Assembly: GCA_964597575.1 (NCBI GenBank)
Contig: CAZQXB010000001.1
Span: 338,111 to 402,110 of the forward strand
DNA from: an uncultured Gammaproteobacteria bacterium
GTDB lineage: Bacteria > Patescibacteriota > Patescibacteriia > Magasanikbacterales > UBA922
DNA length: 64,000 nucleotides
Direction of reading: 5' to 3'
In this document: positions 1-9,183 of the stretch, in pieces
Layout: each line of letters begins with the position of its first letter
How positions within the stretch are numbered: the first letter of the stretch is position 1
The notes under the pieces: generated by a model
The model's database searches: none
Told to the model about the DNA's origin: nothing
The model's input: only the letters and a program-made list of their open reading frames with translations
Position numbers and translations under genes: made by a program

Positions 1-2368
1 GATCTTTTAAAACAGTCGCTTTGGCTCTTCCGCCCCGCCCCTTCTTTTCTGTGGCAAAAATAGCCTCTGCTTCGGGAAGCGTGATAGAAAAAAGATCATT
101 ATCTTTTGGAATTGAACGAAAATCATCCCCGCGTTTAAGGTATGGGCCAAACCGACCTATGGTTGCGGTAACGGGTAGTCCGTTTGATTCCCCAAGAATA
201 CGGGGGAGGGAGATCACCATTTTTGCCTGTTCAATCGTGAGTGTGTTCGGATCAATTCCCGCGGAAATGGGTGCATGCTTTGGGCCGAAAGTTAAGGCGA
301 CTTTTTTCGCTTTCTTTTTGCTGTCTTTGTCGTCTTCTCCGAGCTGAAGGTATGGGCCAAACCGACCATTGCGTTTCGTAACCGCGAGGCCAGTTGCTTC
401 ATCGGTAAATAATTCTTGCGGGCCTTGTGGTTGGCTCAAAATTTCAAGCGCTTTTTCAAGTGTCATGTCTCCGGGCGGAATGCTTTCAGGAATCGACGCA
501 GTGTTTCCTTCGCCCCCTTCCCCTCGTTGAATGTAGGGTCCGTATTTTCCACTTTTTACGATCACTTCATCGCCTTTGGAATCCTTGCCAAGGGTAATAG
601 TGGGGTAGCTTTCTGCTTTGGTCGCTTTTTCTACTTCTTTGTGAAACGCAAATTGGTGTTTGCCACCATGATAAAACGAACGAATATAGGGTTGCCATTC
701 TTCGACACCCCCAGCAATGCGATCGAGGTCTTCTTCCATGGTGGCTGTGAAATGAACATCGACGAGAGAAGAGAAATGGGCCGATAAATATTCGTCAACA
801 ATCATCCCGGTGTATGTGGGAATAAGGGCGCTGCCTTGCTTAATCGCATACTCACGGTTGAGAATGGTTTCCATAATCGACGCATAGGTCGATGGTCTTC
901 CTACTCCGTTCGCTTCAAGTGCCTTAATTAAACTTGCTTCGCTGTAACGCGCTGGTGGCATGGTGGTGTGTACGTCGCCCCGTACTTCTTTCGGAAGAAC
1001 CTTATCTCCTTTTTGAAGAGGAGGAAGATGGACTTCGGTATGTTCGAGCTCTTCTTCAGGGTTGTCGGCTCCTTCTACATAGGCGCGTAAATATCCTGGA
1101 AAAAGAATTCGTTTCCCTTTGGCTTCAAACGTTGCCGTATCAATAACAATAGTGCTTGATACACGCATCATGTTGGCACTTTTCATTTGAGTTGCAACGG
1201 TGCGTTTCCAAATAAGTTCATAAAGCGCAGCTTCATCGCGCGAAACTTCTTTGGCCACTTCTTCTGGGTGCCGAAATGTTGCTCCCGCAGGCCGAATTGC
1301 CTCGTGCGCTTCTTGAGCTAACTTTGCTTTGGTGGTGAATTGCTTTGCGCTTTCCGCGACATATTCCTTTCCAAACGCCTCCGCTGCTTTTTGAGCGGCC
1401 TTTACGGCTTGGTCAGATAAATGAACAGAATCGGTACGCATGTAGGTAATATAACCCTGTTCGTAGAGTGCTTGAGCTGTCCGCATGGTTTGTTTGGCCG
1501 AAAGGTTCAGCTTCCGACTTCCTTCTTGTTGCAGAGTTGAGGTGACAAATGGAGGATATGGGTGTGATTGATAGGGTGTTTCTGTAACGTCGGTAACGTG
1601 CCATGGTTTTTGGGCAGCCAATTTTTTGCTGAGCGAATGTGCATCTGCTTCAGATAAGAGGGCAATTTCTTCTGGTTTTTTGAGTTTTCCGGTAGCTTCG
1701 TCAAAGTCGTTGCCGCTCGGTAAATGTTTTCCGTCAAGTTCAATCAAGCGCGCTTCAAAAGGCACTGTATCTTTTTCAAGGGTTGCGACAAGGTCGGCGT
1801 AGGTTGCCGAACGAAAGGCTTGGCGTGCGCGTTCTCGGAGTGCCAAAAGATGGACTGCAACTGACTGAACACGGCCTGCAGAAAGACCATAGCGCACTTT
1901 TTTCCAAAGAAGGGGGGAGAGCTCGTACCCTACGAGCCGATCAAGAACGCGACGTGCTTGCTGGGCATTTACTAGGTGAATATTTAAAGGTCGGGGGTTC
2001 GCAAGTGCACCTTCAATTGCGTCTTTCGTTATTTCATGAAATACAAGGCGTTTTACCTTTTCTGGCTTAATATGAAGAATCTCAGCCAAGTGCCAAGAAA
2101 TAGCCTCACCTTCACGGTCCTCGTCCGTTGCGAAGAGAATCTCATCAGCGTCTTTAGCGAGCTTTTTGAGCTCACTAACCGTCTTTTTTTTGGTCGCTGG
2201 AACCTCGTAGGCAGGCAAAAAGGTATCGCCCTCAATATCGACCGCCATATCGCTTTTCGGCAGGTCACGAACATGACCCATACTTGAGGTTACGCGAAAT
2301 TTTGAACCAAGGTATTTTCCAATGGTTTTGGCCTTGGTGGGAGACTCAACAATAACGAGAGTGGGCAT
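1..2368 (-). CDS. topA: DNA topoisomerase I (type IA), runs off the left edge
   Basis: Absent from the ORF track because there is no stop in the window. Manual translation from ATG 2368 gives MPTLVIVESPTKAKTI, ATDEDREGEAI, LSAGRVQS, GYITYMRTDS (catalytic Tyr), GVGRPSTYA and C-terminal G(R/K)(F/Y)GPY repeats. Confidence 0.97.
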   Translation of the reverse strand, partial: MPTLVIVESPTKAKTIGKYLGSKFRVTSSMGHVRDLPKSDMAVDIEGDTFLPAYEVPATKKKTVSELKKLAKDADEILFATDEDREGEAISWHLAEILHIKPEKVKRLVFHEITKDAIEGALANPRPLNIHLVNAQQARRVLDRLVGYELSPLLWKKVRYGLSAGRVQSVAVHLLALRERARQAFRSATYADLVATLEKDTVPFEARLIELDGKHLPSGNDFDEATGKLKKPEEIALLSEADAHSLSKKLAAQKPWHVTDVTETPYQSHPYPPFVTSTLQQEGSRKLNLSAKQTMRTAQALYEQGYITYMRTDSVHLSDQAVKAAQKAAEAFGKEYVAESAKQFTTKAKLAQEAHEAIRPAGATFRHPEEVAKEVSRDEAALYELIWKRTVATQMKSANMMRVSSTIVIDTATFEAKGKRILFPGYLRAYVEGADNPEEELEHTEVHLPPLQKGDKVLPKEVRGDVHTTMPPARYSEASLIKALEANGVGRPSTYASIMETILNREYAIKQGSALIPTYTGMIVDEYLSAHFSSLVDVHFTATMEEDLDRIAGGVEEWQPYIRSFYHGGKHQFAFHKEVEKATKAESYPTITLGKDSKGDEVIVKSGKYGPYIQRGEGGEGNTASIPESIPPGDMTLEKALEILSQPQGPQELFTDEATGLAVTKRNGRFGPYLQLGEDDKDSKKKAKKVALTFGPKHAPISAGIDPNTLTIEQAKMVISLPRILGESNGLPVTATIGRFGPYLKRGDDFRSIPKDNDLFSITLPEAEAIFATEKKGRGGRAKATVLKD

Positions 2369-2441
2369 AGAACAGGTTTTTTTTGGGTTTTCCTTACTAT
2401 ACGTGAGCCACAAAAAAACGTCAATGGAGGCAAAAAATAGC

Positions 2442-3518
2442 CTATGACCGTATATAGTTCATGTTTCCGAGGTTTCGTACCAGTCCGCGAATTTCAAGTA
2501 AGGTAAGGGTTGCGCTCATGGCCATAGCCCCAAGCTCAGTTTTGACCCCGATTTCATCGACATGCATGGGTTCAAGGGAAAGAGCTTGGAGAATGCGAGC
2601 CTCTCCCTCGGAGAGGTCGGCATGGGTTGATTCCGCGGCTTTTTTAGTGAGCATGGGGATTCCAAGTGCTGTGGCAACGTCTGTGGCGTCCGTAACGAGC
2701 CAGGCCCCAAGCTTAAGGAGGTTATTAACCCCGCTTGCCGAAGGGGAGGTGATGTTTTGGGGGACTGCAAATACGTCGCGGCTATATTCAAGTGCTAGGG
2801 CCGCAGTAATAAGTGAGCCTGATTTTATACCGGCTTCTATTACAACTGTTCCAAGCGTCATCCCAGCCACCAGGCGATTTCTTTCTGGAAACATGTATGG
2901 TGCCGCTTCTTTGGTGGGGGGGTATTCAGAAATAACCGCTCCTCCATGCTCTATAATACTGTCTGCGAGCCGTACATGGGCTCGAGGGTAGACTGTTGAA
3001 CGAGCAATGCCAGAGCCGAGAACCGCAATAGTTTTCCCGCCAGCACGAATGGCACTTTCATGTGCCACCCCATCAATGCCGAGTGCGAGACCAGAAACAA
3101 TCGCCATGCCGGCACGAGCCAGATCAGCCGAGAGCATCTGGGTAACTTGTTTGCCGTAAGCGCTCGCGTTTCTTGGGCCGACAATAGCAATCGGGTGTTT
3201 GAGGGGTGCCAGATTTCCTCGTACAAAAAGAACAAGTGGGGGGTCTGCTATGTGGCGAAGCAAAGGGGGGAACGATTCGTCGGTTTGGGTGATTGGCTTA
3301 ATGCCTTCGCGCTGCAATTCTTCTTCAATTTGGTCTGGTACGACCTCTGTCCGCCAACGAAGGAAGGCGGTCAGGGTTTCTTCTGGCCAGCGTAAAGAAC
3401 GTAAATCTGAAGCACTGACATCAAATGCTTGGGCAATACTTCCGCATAAACGACTCAGGTCACGTGCGCGTTTGCGGGTGAAGCCAGGGAAAAAACTGAA
3501 AAGTACCTCCTTTTGCAT
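2442..3518 (-). CDS. dprA: DNA-processing protein DprA/Smf
   Basis: AIVGPRNAS, IVSGLALGIDG, FPERNRLVAG, SGSLITA and a C-terminal wHTH. Lies next to topA. Alternative TTG start at 3527. Confidence 0.96.
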   Translation of the reverse strand: MQKEVLFSFFPGFTRKRARDLSRLCGSIAQAFDVSASDLRSLRWPEETLTAFLRWRTEVVPDQIEEELQREGIKPITQTDESFPPLLRHIADPPLVLFVRGNLAPLKHPIAIVGPRNASAYGKQVTQMLSADLARAGMAIVSGLALGIDGVAHESAIRAGGKTIAVLGSGIARSTVYPRAHVRLADSIIEHGGAVISEYPPTKEAAPYMFPERNRLVAGMTLGTVVIEAGIKSGSLITAALALEYSRDVFAVPQNITSPSASGVNNLLKLGAWLVTDATDVATALGIPMLTKKAAESTHADLSEGEARILQALSLEPMHVDEIGVKTELGAMAMSATLTLLEIRGLVRNLGNMNYIRS

Positions 3519-3523
3519 AGAAC

Positions 3524-4075
3524 TCAAGAGCGAATAAGCTTGGTGAGTGCAATAACACCCTGATCAAGAACTTTTTGCAGATTGCGGCGTTCTAAAAGTC
3601 CAAATTTTTGCAAAACAAATTGAGGGGTGTCAATCTTTTTTTGCTCTGAAGCCGAGGTGCCAATTCCAATGCGAACTCGAGTGAATTGTTTTGTCCCAAT
3701 AGCGTCGATAATAGAGCGGACGCCATTGTGCCCGGCATGACCACGATCTGTTTGAACTTTAATTTCTCCGAGAGGAATATCGATTTCGTCGTGAAGAACA
3801 ATAATATCCTGTGGTCGAATTTTATAAAATGCCCCCATAAGCTGAACTGAATGCCCTGATTCGTTCATGAACGTGGTGGGTTTGAGTAAAAGAACTTTTT
3901 CTTGAGATAGTGTTACGCCAGCGGTGAAGCCGTTAAATTTGCGTGATAATTCCCATGGGCTTACCCCTGCCTCTTTCAAATAGTCGTGAAAGTGATCAAT
4001 TAAAAGCCAACCCGCGTTGTGGCGAGTTTTCGCATAGTTCTTTCCGGGGTTTCCGAGACCGACAATAAGTTTCAT
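3524..4075 (-). CDS. pth: Peptidyl-tRNA hydrolase
   Basis: LIVGLGNPG, TRHNAG, KPTTFMNESG, GHNGVRSI. Confidence 0.97.
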   Translation of the reverse strand: MKLIVGLGNPGKNYAKTRHNAGWLLIDHFHDYLKEAGVSPWELSRKFNGFTAGVTLSQEKVLLLKPTTFMNESGHSVQLMGAFYKIRPQDIIVLHDEIDIPLGEIKVQTDRGHAGHNGVRSIIDAIGTKQFTRVRIGIGTSASEQKKIDTPQFVLQKFGLLERRNLQKVLDQGVIALTKLIRS

Positions 4076-4146
4076 ATAACGAAGACCCTTCTTTCTTCTT
4101 TATAGAGTACCATACAGGTAATGGTACCAGACATTCTTTCTTGTGG

Positions 4147-5547
4147 CTATCGTTTCATTTTGGTCAGCTTGAGAAGGACTGGTGTTCCGAAAAAGTCGAA
4201 TTCTTCACGCATTTTTCTTTCAACGAAGTTTAAGTACGAACGATGAATTGAGGTTTTGTATTTGATGAAGATTTCAAAAACAGGAGGATTGGTACCTACT
4301 TGGCGCATACCCATGAGTTTCGGGTAGCGTGTTCCTTTTCCGCGACTCGGCGCGTGTTCGCGTTGAATTTTTTCAAGAAACCAAGAGAGCTTACTTACCG
4401 GTACTTCGGTGTGGCGTGTCTTCCACGCGTGCATGATATGCGGAAAAATTTGGTGAACGCGATACCCGGTAAGTGAACTCACATACACAATCGGAGCGTA
4501 GTAAAGATTTGGAAATTCACCATAGAGGGCATCACGAATAGCGTTTCGTGCTTGGTCTGAAGTATCTGGGGCAGTATCCCATTTGTTCAAAATAATGATA
4601 ACGCTTTTGGCTCGCTGCTCAATAAGTCCACCAAGTTGCTTATCTTGAGAGCTTAATGGCTCGCTTCCATCGAGTACAAAAAGTACCATATCCGATGTTT
4701 CAATGGCGTCAATACTTTTTTGGATGCCGATTTTTTCAAGCTCTCCAGAAACACTCGCTTTACGGCGAATACCGGCGGTGTCAACGAATACAATATCTTG
4801 CTCTACCTTTTCACCATTTTCTTCTTCGTGAATATAGGTGATGCGGGTGTCGTACGGTTCACGAGTGGTGTGAGCAATAGGGCTCACAATCACTTTTTCT
4901 TCCCCAATAATTTTATTAAATAGGGATGATTTTCCTACATTCGGGCGGCCAATAAGAGTGATGCGAAGTGGTGGTTTTTCTTCTTGAATCACTTGCTTTG
5001 GTCGGCGAGCGCCCGTGTGAAGGATGGAAAAGATTTTATCAAGCAAGTCGCCAGTTTGTCGGCCGGTAGCGGCCGAGAGAGGGAAAGGTTCGCCGAGGCC
5101 TAAACTAAACCATTCTGGTGACATGACCACAGAATCAAGAGTAGGGGAATCGGCTTTGTTCGCAATAAGAAGAACAGGGACTTTTGCTTTTTTGCGTAAA
5201 TGCTCAGCCACTTTTCTGTCTGGGGTAAGCACTCCGCCTTTGGCATCGGTCACAAAAAGAATGACGTCAGCTTCAGCAAGCGCAAGTTCGCACTGGGCAA
5301 GAATGTCTTCTTCAAAAAGTTCCCCTTCGTGGAAGGTGAGACCCCCGGTATCAATGAGCCGAAGTTCGCGTGCGCGCCAGACGATAATGCCGGCATTATT
5401 GGTACGAGTCGTTCCAGGGATATCAGAAACAATCGCCTTGTTTTCCTCAATTAAGGTGTTAAAAAGGGTCGATTTTCCCACATTGGTTCGACCGACGATT
5501 GCCACGACCGGAAGGTCTCGGGTGTCTTTAACGGCAGGGGTTGCCAT
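4147..5547 (-). CDS. der: Ribosome biogenesis GTPase Der
   Basis: Two GTPase domains (GRTNVGKS/DTGG/NKAD and GRPNVGKS/DTAG/NKWD) plus a KH-like tail. ATG 5547 preferred. Confidence 0.96.
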   Translation of the reverse strand: MATPAVKDTRDLPVVAIVGRTNVGKSTLFNTLIEENKAIVSDIPGTTRTNNAGIIVWRARELRLIDTGGLTFHEGELFEEDILAQCELALAEADVILFVTDAKGGVLTPDRKVAEHLRKKAKVPVLLIANKADSPTLDSVVMSPEWFSLGLGEPFPLSAATGRQTGDLLDKIFSILHTGARRPKQVIQEEKPPLRITLIGRPNVGKSSLFNKIIGEEKVIVSPIAHTTREPYDTRITYIHEEENGEKVEQDIVFVDTAGIRRKASVSGELEKIGIQKSIDAIETSDMVLFVLDGSEPLSSQDKQLGGLIEQRAKSVIIILNKWDTAPDTSDQARNAIRDALYGEFPNLYYAPIVYVSSLTGYRVHQIFPHIMHAWKTRHTEVPVSKLSWFLEKIQREHAPSRGKGTRYPKLMGMRQVGTNPPVFEIFIKYKTSIHRSYLNFVERKMREEFDFFGTPVLLKLTKMKR

Positions 5548-5551
5548 ATGT

Positions 5552-7075
5552 TTAGGGGCTAGGTTCAGTGAAATCGTCACCGAGAATAATAAGGATATCT
5601 GTCGTTGAGGCAGCCATTTCTCCGGCGGGGAGTTCGGTCTTCGCGGGAACCCCTAGGCTTTCGGCAGCTTCTTTCACCAGTTCAGGCAGGGCGCGGGCAC
5701 TTACAGGGTAGGCGCCACTTTCAGCTATAGGTCGGTTAAGAGTATTCCCAATTACGCTAATTGTCAAGCCTTTTTCGGTTAAATGTTTGGCAGTGCGGGC
5801 CCCGAGACCCCCCCGCCAGGTCCCATTTTGGATCTCAATTGTGGCAATCGGTTTTACCGGGGTGGTCTGTTCTGGGGTGGTATTGATGACCACAGGGGTT
5901 TCTTCAAAGACTGAAGCAATGGCTTGTTTCATGGCATCAAAATTGCCCGTTACGGGTGAAAGAATGTAGGCCCCCTCAGGGCTAATACTATCGACCAAGA
6001 ACCCTCCTTCGCGATTGTCAAAAACGAGGGTGCGGAGTTCGTCGCGGTTTACTTCTTTAGCCAAGCGAAGGAGTGCGGCGATCTCTCCATAAGACAAATT
6101 TGTTGAAAGATGAGATTCGAATGTCGTGAAAAGTTGATTTATGCGTACCGGATTAGCGAGTACTCCAAATGAAAGCATTTTTTCTTTGACCGCAAGAATC
6201 ATTTTTTGTTGGCGTTTGGCACGAGCAAAGTCAGAGCCCTCGCCATTGTTTCCGTGGCGAGAGCGGGCGTAGATAAGCGCCCGAGAGCCATTCATGGTTT
6301 GTTCTCCTTTTTTAAAAGAAACGGTTTGAAAGGTAAAGTTTGGCCCCGGGTATTCATTATCGGTAAAACTACGCTCAACATCGATCGTAATTCCGCCCAC
6401 TTCATCGATTAACTCTTCAAACGCATAAAAATCAATGCGAGCGTAGTAGTGGATTGGCAGGTCAAAAAAATCCCCAATAGTTTTCGCGGCAAAGGAAGCC
6501 CCTGTACCGGATTTCTTTTTTTCCCCAAGATGGTTTATGGAATTAATTTTTACTCGATTTTCTCCAGGGATGGTTATGGCGAGATCACGCGGAATGGAAA
6601 TCAGAGCGACTTCCTTTGTTGATTGTTTAATGCTCGCAATAATAATAGTATCGGTCAGAAATGGACCGTCATGTCCGGGACCACCTTGACCAAGAAGAAG
6701 GATGTTAATGCGGTCCCGCTTTTCTGCTTTTAATACGACATCGCCACTGAAAACCAATTCTTTAATTCGGCCGAAAAGGGTGGTGGGTCGGGTGGATTCA
6801 CTGCTGGTATCGCTATTATATAATTCTTCTGTTTCGGGTGAGTGAATGGGAATAAATAACCAGATCGTAAACCATAAGAAAAAAATACCCAATCCAATAC
6901 AAAAAAGAAGTCGCCAGGAAAAATGTATTCTTCGATACCAGGGAGTTTTATTTTCAAAAGAGCGAGAAGAAGGGGTTCGGTGGATGGTCTCACTCGTGAG
7001 AAAATTAATTGGCCGAACAGGAATTTTCTGAAAGGGACGACGCTCTTTTTCGTGATGGTCCGGAAAGGTAGACAT
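5552..7075 (-). CDS. LCP (LytR-CpsA-Psr) family protein with LytR_C-like tail
   Basis: TM helix, NILLLG, LTDTII, SIPRD, ARSRH, DFARAKRQQ; C-terminal IEIQNGT...GLG. Confidence 0.9.
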   Translation of the reverse strand: MSTFPDHHEKERRPFQKIPVRPINFLTSETIHRTPSSRSFENKTPWYRRIHFSWRLLFCIGLGIFFLWFTIWLFIPIHSPETEELYNSDTSSESTRPTTLFGRIKELVFSGDVVLKAEKRDRINILLLGQGGPGHDGPFLTDTIIIASIKQSTKEVALISIPRDLAITIPGENRVKINSINHLGEKKKSGTGASFAAKTIGDFFDLPIHYYARIDFYAFEELIDEVGGITIDVERSFTDNEYPGPNFTFQTVSFKKGEQTMNGSRALIYARSRHGNNGEGSDFARAKRQQKMILAVKEKMLSFGVLANPVRINQLFTTFESHLSTNLSYGEIAALLRLAKEVNRDELRTLVFDNREGGFLVDSISPEGAYILSPVTGNFDAMKQAIASVFEETPVVINTTPEQTTPVKPIATIEIQNGTWRGGLGARTAKHLTEKGLTISVIGNTLNRPIAESGAYPVSARALPELVKEAAESLGVPAKTELPAGEMAASTTDILIILGDDFTEPSP

Positions 7076-7187
7076 ACAAAGTATAGAGACTAGTATACCG
7101 GAAAAACCAATCGTTTCCAAACAAAGTCTGTGCGCTTTTTCGGCTTTTATGGTATACTGAACGTGTTGATTTTACCTTTGCGGTGCT

Positions 7188-7691
7188 ATGCCACAACTTG
7201 TAACCACGGAACTCGATACAGGAAAAACACTCCTCGAGTGGGCCGTTCAGGAATACAATCGTCATGTCCGAGGACAGTGGTGGTACATTCTCATTATTAG
7301 TTTCGGTTTAATTTTTGTTGTATACGCTATCCTTAGCGACAATTTTTTGTTTGCACTTTTCATCATTTTGGCTGCTATTGTTTTATACCAACAGTCCGCA
7401 ACGCCTGCCATTACGGTTCCGGTTGAACTCACTGAAAAAGGCTTAGTACTAGGTACTCGCTTCTACCCTTGGGCCGAACTCGCTTCTTTTTCTTTGGTAT
7501 ATGAACCACCAGAGGTGAAATTGTTGTACATTTCGACTGCGCGATGGTTTTTGCCGACGATTCAGATTCCTCTTCATGATATGAATCCGATTGAGGTGCG
7601 AGAAACGCTTTTAGAATTTTTAACGGAAAATGCAGAAACTCCGGAAGAATCAGTGAGTGACACCATTGCGCGTCGTTGGAAACTACTGTAG
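7188..7691 (+). CDS. Two-TM membrane protein with a PH-like C-terminal domain (CPR-type hypothetical)
   Basis: 167 aa ORF with a hydrophobic hairpin followed by a soluble domain. Confidence 0.7.
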   Translation: MPQLVTTELDTGKTLLEWAVQEYNRHVRGQWWYILIISFGLIFVVYAILSDNFLFALFIILAAIVLYQQSATPAITVPVELTEKGLVLGTRFYPWAELASFSLVYEPPEVKLLYISTARWFLPTIQIPLHDMNPIEVRETLLEFLTENAETPEESVSDTIARRWKLL

Positions 7692-8273
7692 CTCGTCTGC
7701 TACAGTAGCCCAGGTGTCCCAATAGATTTTACTTTTCTTTGCTTTTTCGTAAATTTCAGCCGCACTCCAGAGTGTGGCTTCGTTATTTCCGCCGGCAAGA
7801 TTGTGAACAAGACGATAAGGGGAGAGCGGTGGAGTTTCTTTTGTTGGGGAGGAGAGTAGGGCGACGAGCACGTGCGTAGCCTGGCTTTGTTCTGTCCGTG
7901 AAAATTCAGTTTTGTCAGCCTGTACATCGGGGTCGTTGAGGTACGCTTCTTTCGTATACACAATTGCGGTAAGGTTTTGAATGGGAGCGGCATGACTGCG
8001 TTTGAGGTAGGCCGAAACATGCTCACGATGAGTTTGGAGTGTATAATCGTTCGGGTTAAGGGTGCGTTTTCCAACCCCGGCCGATACGGTGCCAAAAAGA
8101 CTGTCTGGGAGAATAATAGCGTGTTGGCCAGGGTAACGATCGGTCTCTCTCGATTGCTCTTTGATCGCCGCGGTAAGCCCCTTTAGGAATGCGGCTTGGT
8201 CAATAACTTTAGTACCAATAGTGATCGCGTCAAAGGCGTTTAAGGTATTACAGATTCCAATAACGATAGCCAT
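7683..8273 (-). CDS. Hypothetical protein, probable distant DUF3228 family member
   Basis: 196 aa. AIVYTKE...VLVAL...PPLSPYRLVHNLAGG...SKIYWDTWATV resembles the DUF3228 C-terminal pattern as recalled. Confidence 0.55.
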   Translation of the reverse strand: MAIVIGICNTLNAFDAITIGTKVIDQAAFLKGLTAAIKEQSRETDRYPGQHAIILPDSLFGTVSAGVGKRTLNPNDYTLQTHREHVSAYLKRSHAAPIQNLTAIVYTKEAYLNDPDVQADKTEFSRTEQSQATHVLVALLSSPTKETPPLSPYRLVHNLAGGNNEATLWSAAEIYEKAKKSKIYWDTWATVADELQ

Positions 8274-8294
8274 ATTTGAGACAAAGGTGAACTA

Positions 8295-8323
8295 TTGACG
8301 AGTACATATATATAGAGTATAAT
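8295..8323 (+). promoter_or_regulatory. sigma70 promoter of tRNA-Arg
   Basis: TTGACG-N17-TATAAT, 20 nt upstream of the tRNA. Confidence 0.8.
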
Positions 8324-8343
8324 GACCACGTTATATTTTCAAC

Positions 8344-8415
8344 GCACTCGTCGTTCAATGGATAGGACATTAGCTTGCGGAGCTGAGGATCTAGGTTCGA
8401 TTCCTAGCGAGTGCA
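8344..8415 (+). tRNA. tRNA-Arg(GCG), CCA not encoded
   Basis: Acceptor GCACTCG/CGAGTGC; anticodon arm TTAGC-TTGCGGA-GCTGA; T-arm CTAGG-TTCGATT-CCTAG. Confidence 0.93.
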
Positions 8416-8419
8416 CAAC

Positions 8420-8452
8420 AATAAAATCCCCAAATTTGGGGATTTTATTTTT
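8420..8452 (+). terminator. Intrinsic terminator (potentially bidirectional)
   Basis: AATAAAATCCCC-AAATTT-GGGGATTTTATT followed by a T tract. Confidence 0.85.
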
Positions 8453-8464
8453 GTTTCATGGAGA

Positions 8465-8556
8465 CTAGGAATCGAACCTAGGGAAGGGTGAAACCGCAAG
8501 GTTTCAATTGCTGAAGAAGAGGATTGGGAAAACCGGCATCCTTTCCCCCGTGCACC
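8465..8556. repeat. tRNA-tail element 1: antisense copy of the tRNA-Arg T-arm plus a structured scaffold
   Basis: 8465-8481 CTAGGAATCGAACCTAG is the exact reverse complement of 8391-8407, followed by GAAGGGT-GAAACC-GCAA-GGTTTC. Confidence 0.75.
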
Positions 8557-8582
8557 TTCTTTTCCTGTATAATGGAAAGTGC

Positions 8583-8612
8583 TGAAATAAATTCCTGCCG
8601 TCCACTGTATTA
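8583..8612 (+). promoter_or_regulatory. Candidate ECF sigma autoregulatory promoter
   Basis: TGAAATA-N16-TGTATTA; the same motif and spacing recur at 10186-10215. Confidence 0.6.
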
Positions 8613-8619
8613 CTTTGGT

Positions 8620-9183
8620 ATGCCACTAGACCACCTCACCGATGAGGAGCTTGTTCGCGTCGTTTTGGAAAAAGACCCACAAGCATATAGTGAAATTATC
8701 CGCCGCTACGAAGGAAAGCTAACGCATTATGTGCGGAAGTTTATTCGTGATCCCGATGAACGGGCCGATGTTTTGCAAGATATTTTTATAAAAACATATA
8801 GAAATTTACATAGTTTTAAACCAGATAAAAAGTTTTCTTCGTGGGTGTACCGTATCGCACACAATGAGTCGATCAATGCATTAAAAAAATATGCGAAAGA
8901 AGTGGTTTCCTTGGATGAGTATGAATTTGAAATTATTGATAAAGAAATAGACGTAAAAAAAGATACCGATCACACCATTCTCCATGCAGAGATCGCGAAA
9001 GCTCTGGCGCATCTCAAGCCGAAATTTCGAGAGCCGCTCATCCTGTATTTTTTTGAAGAACGAAGTTACGATGAAATTAGTGATATCCTGCGCATTCCGA
9101 GAAGTACGGTCGGTGTTCTCCTCTTGCGCGGCAAAAAAATGCTCAAAGACATTCTCGATAAACATTCCTATGGAAAACGATAA
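8620..9183 (+). CDS. ECF-type RNA polymerase sigma factor
   Basis: DVLQDIFIK, FSSWVYRIAHN, region 4 SYDEISDILRIPRSTV. ATG 8620 preferred. Confidence 0.93.
   Translation: MPLDHLTDEELVRVVLEKDPQAYSEIIRRYEGKLTHYVRKFIRDPDERADVLQDIFIKTYRNLHSFKPDKKFSSWVYRIAHNESINALKKYAKEVVSLDEYEFEIIDKEIDVKKDTDHTILHAEIAKALAHLKPKFREPLILYFFEERSYDEISDILRIPRSTVGVLLLRGKKMLKDILDKHSYGKR

Noticed and set aside
21-2287. Many short ORFs in the track across the first 2.3 kb
   Set aside because: They are shadows of the uninterrupted minus-strand topA frame, which the track missed.
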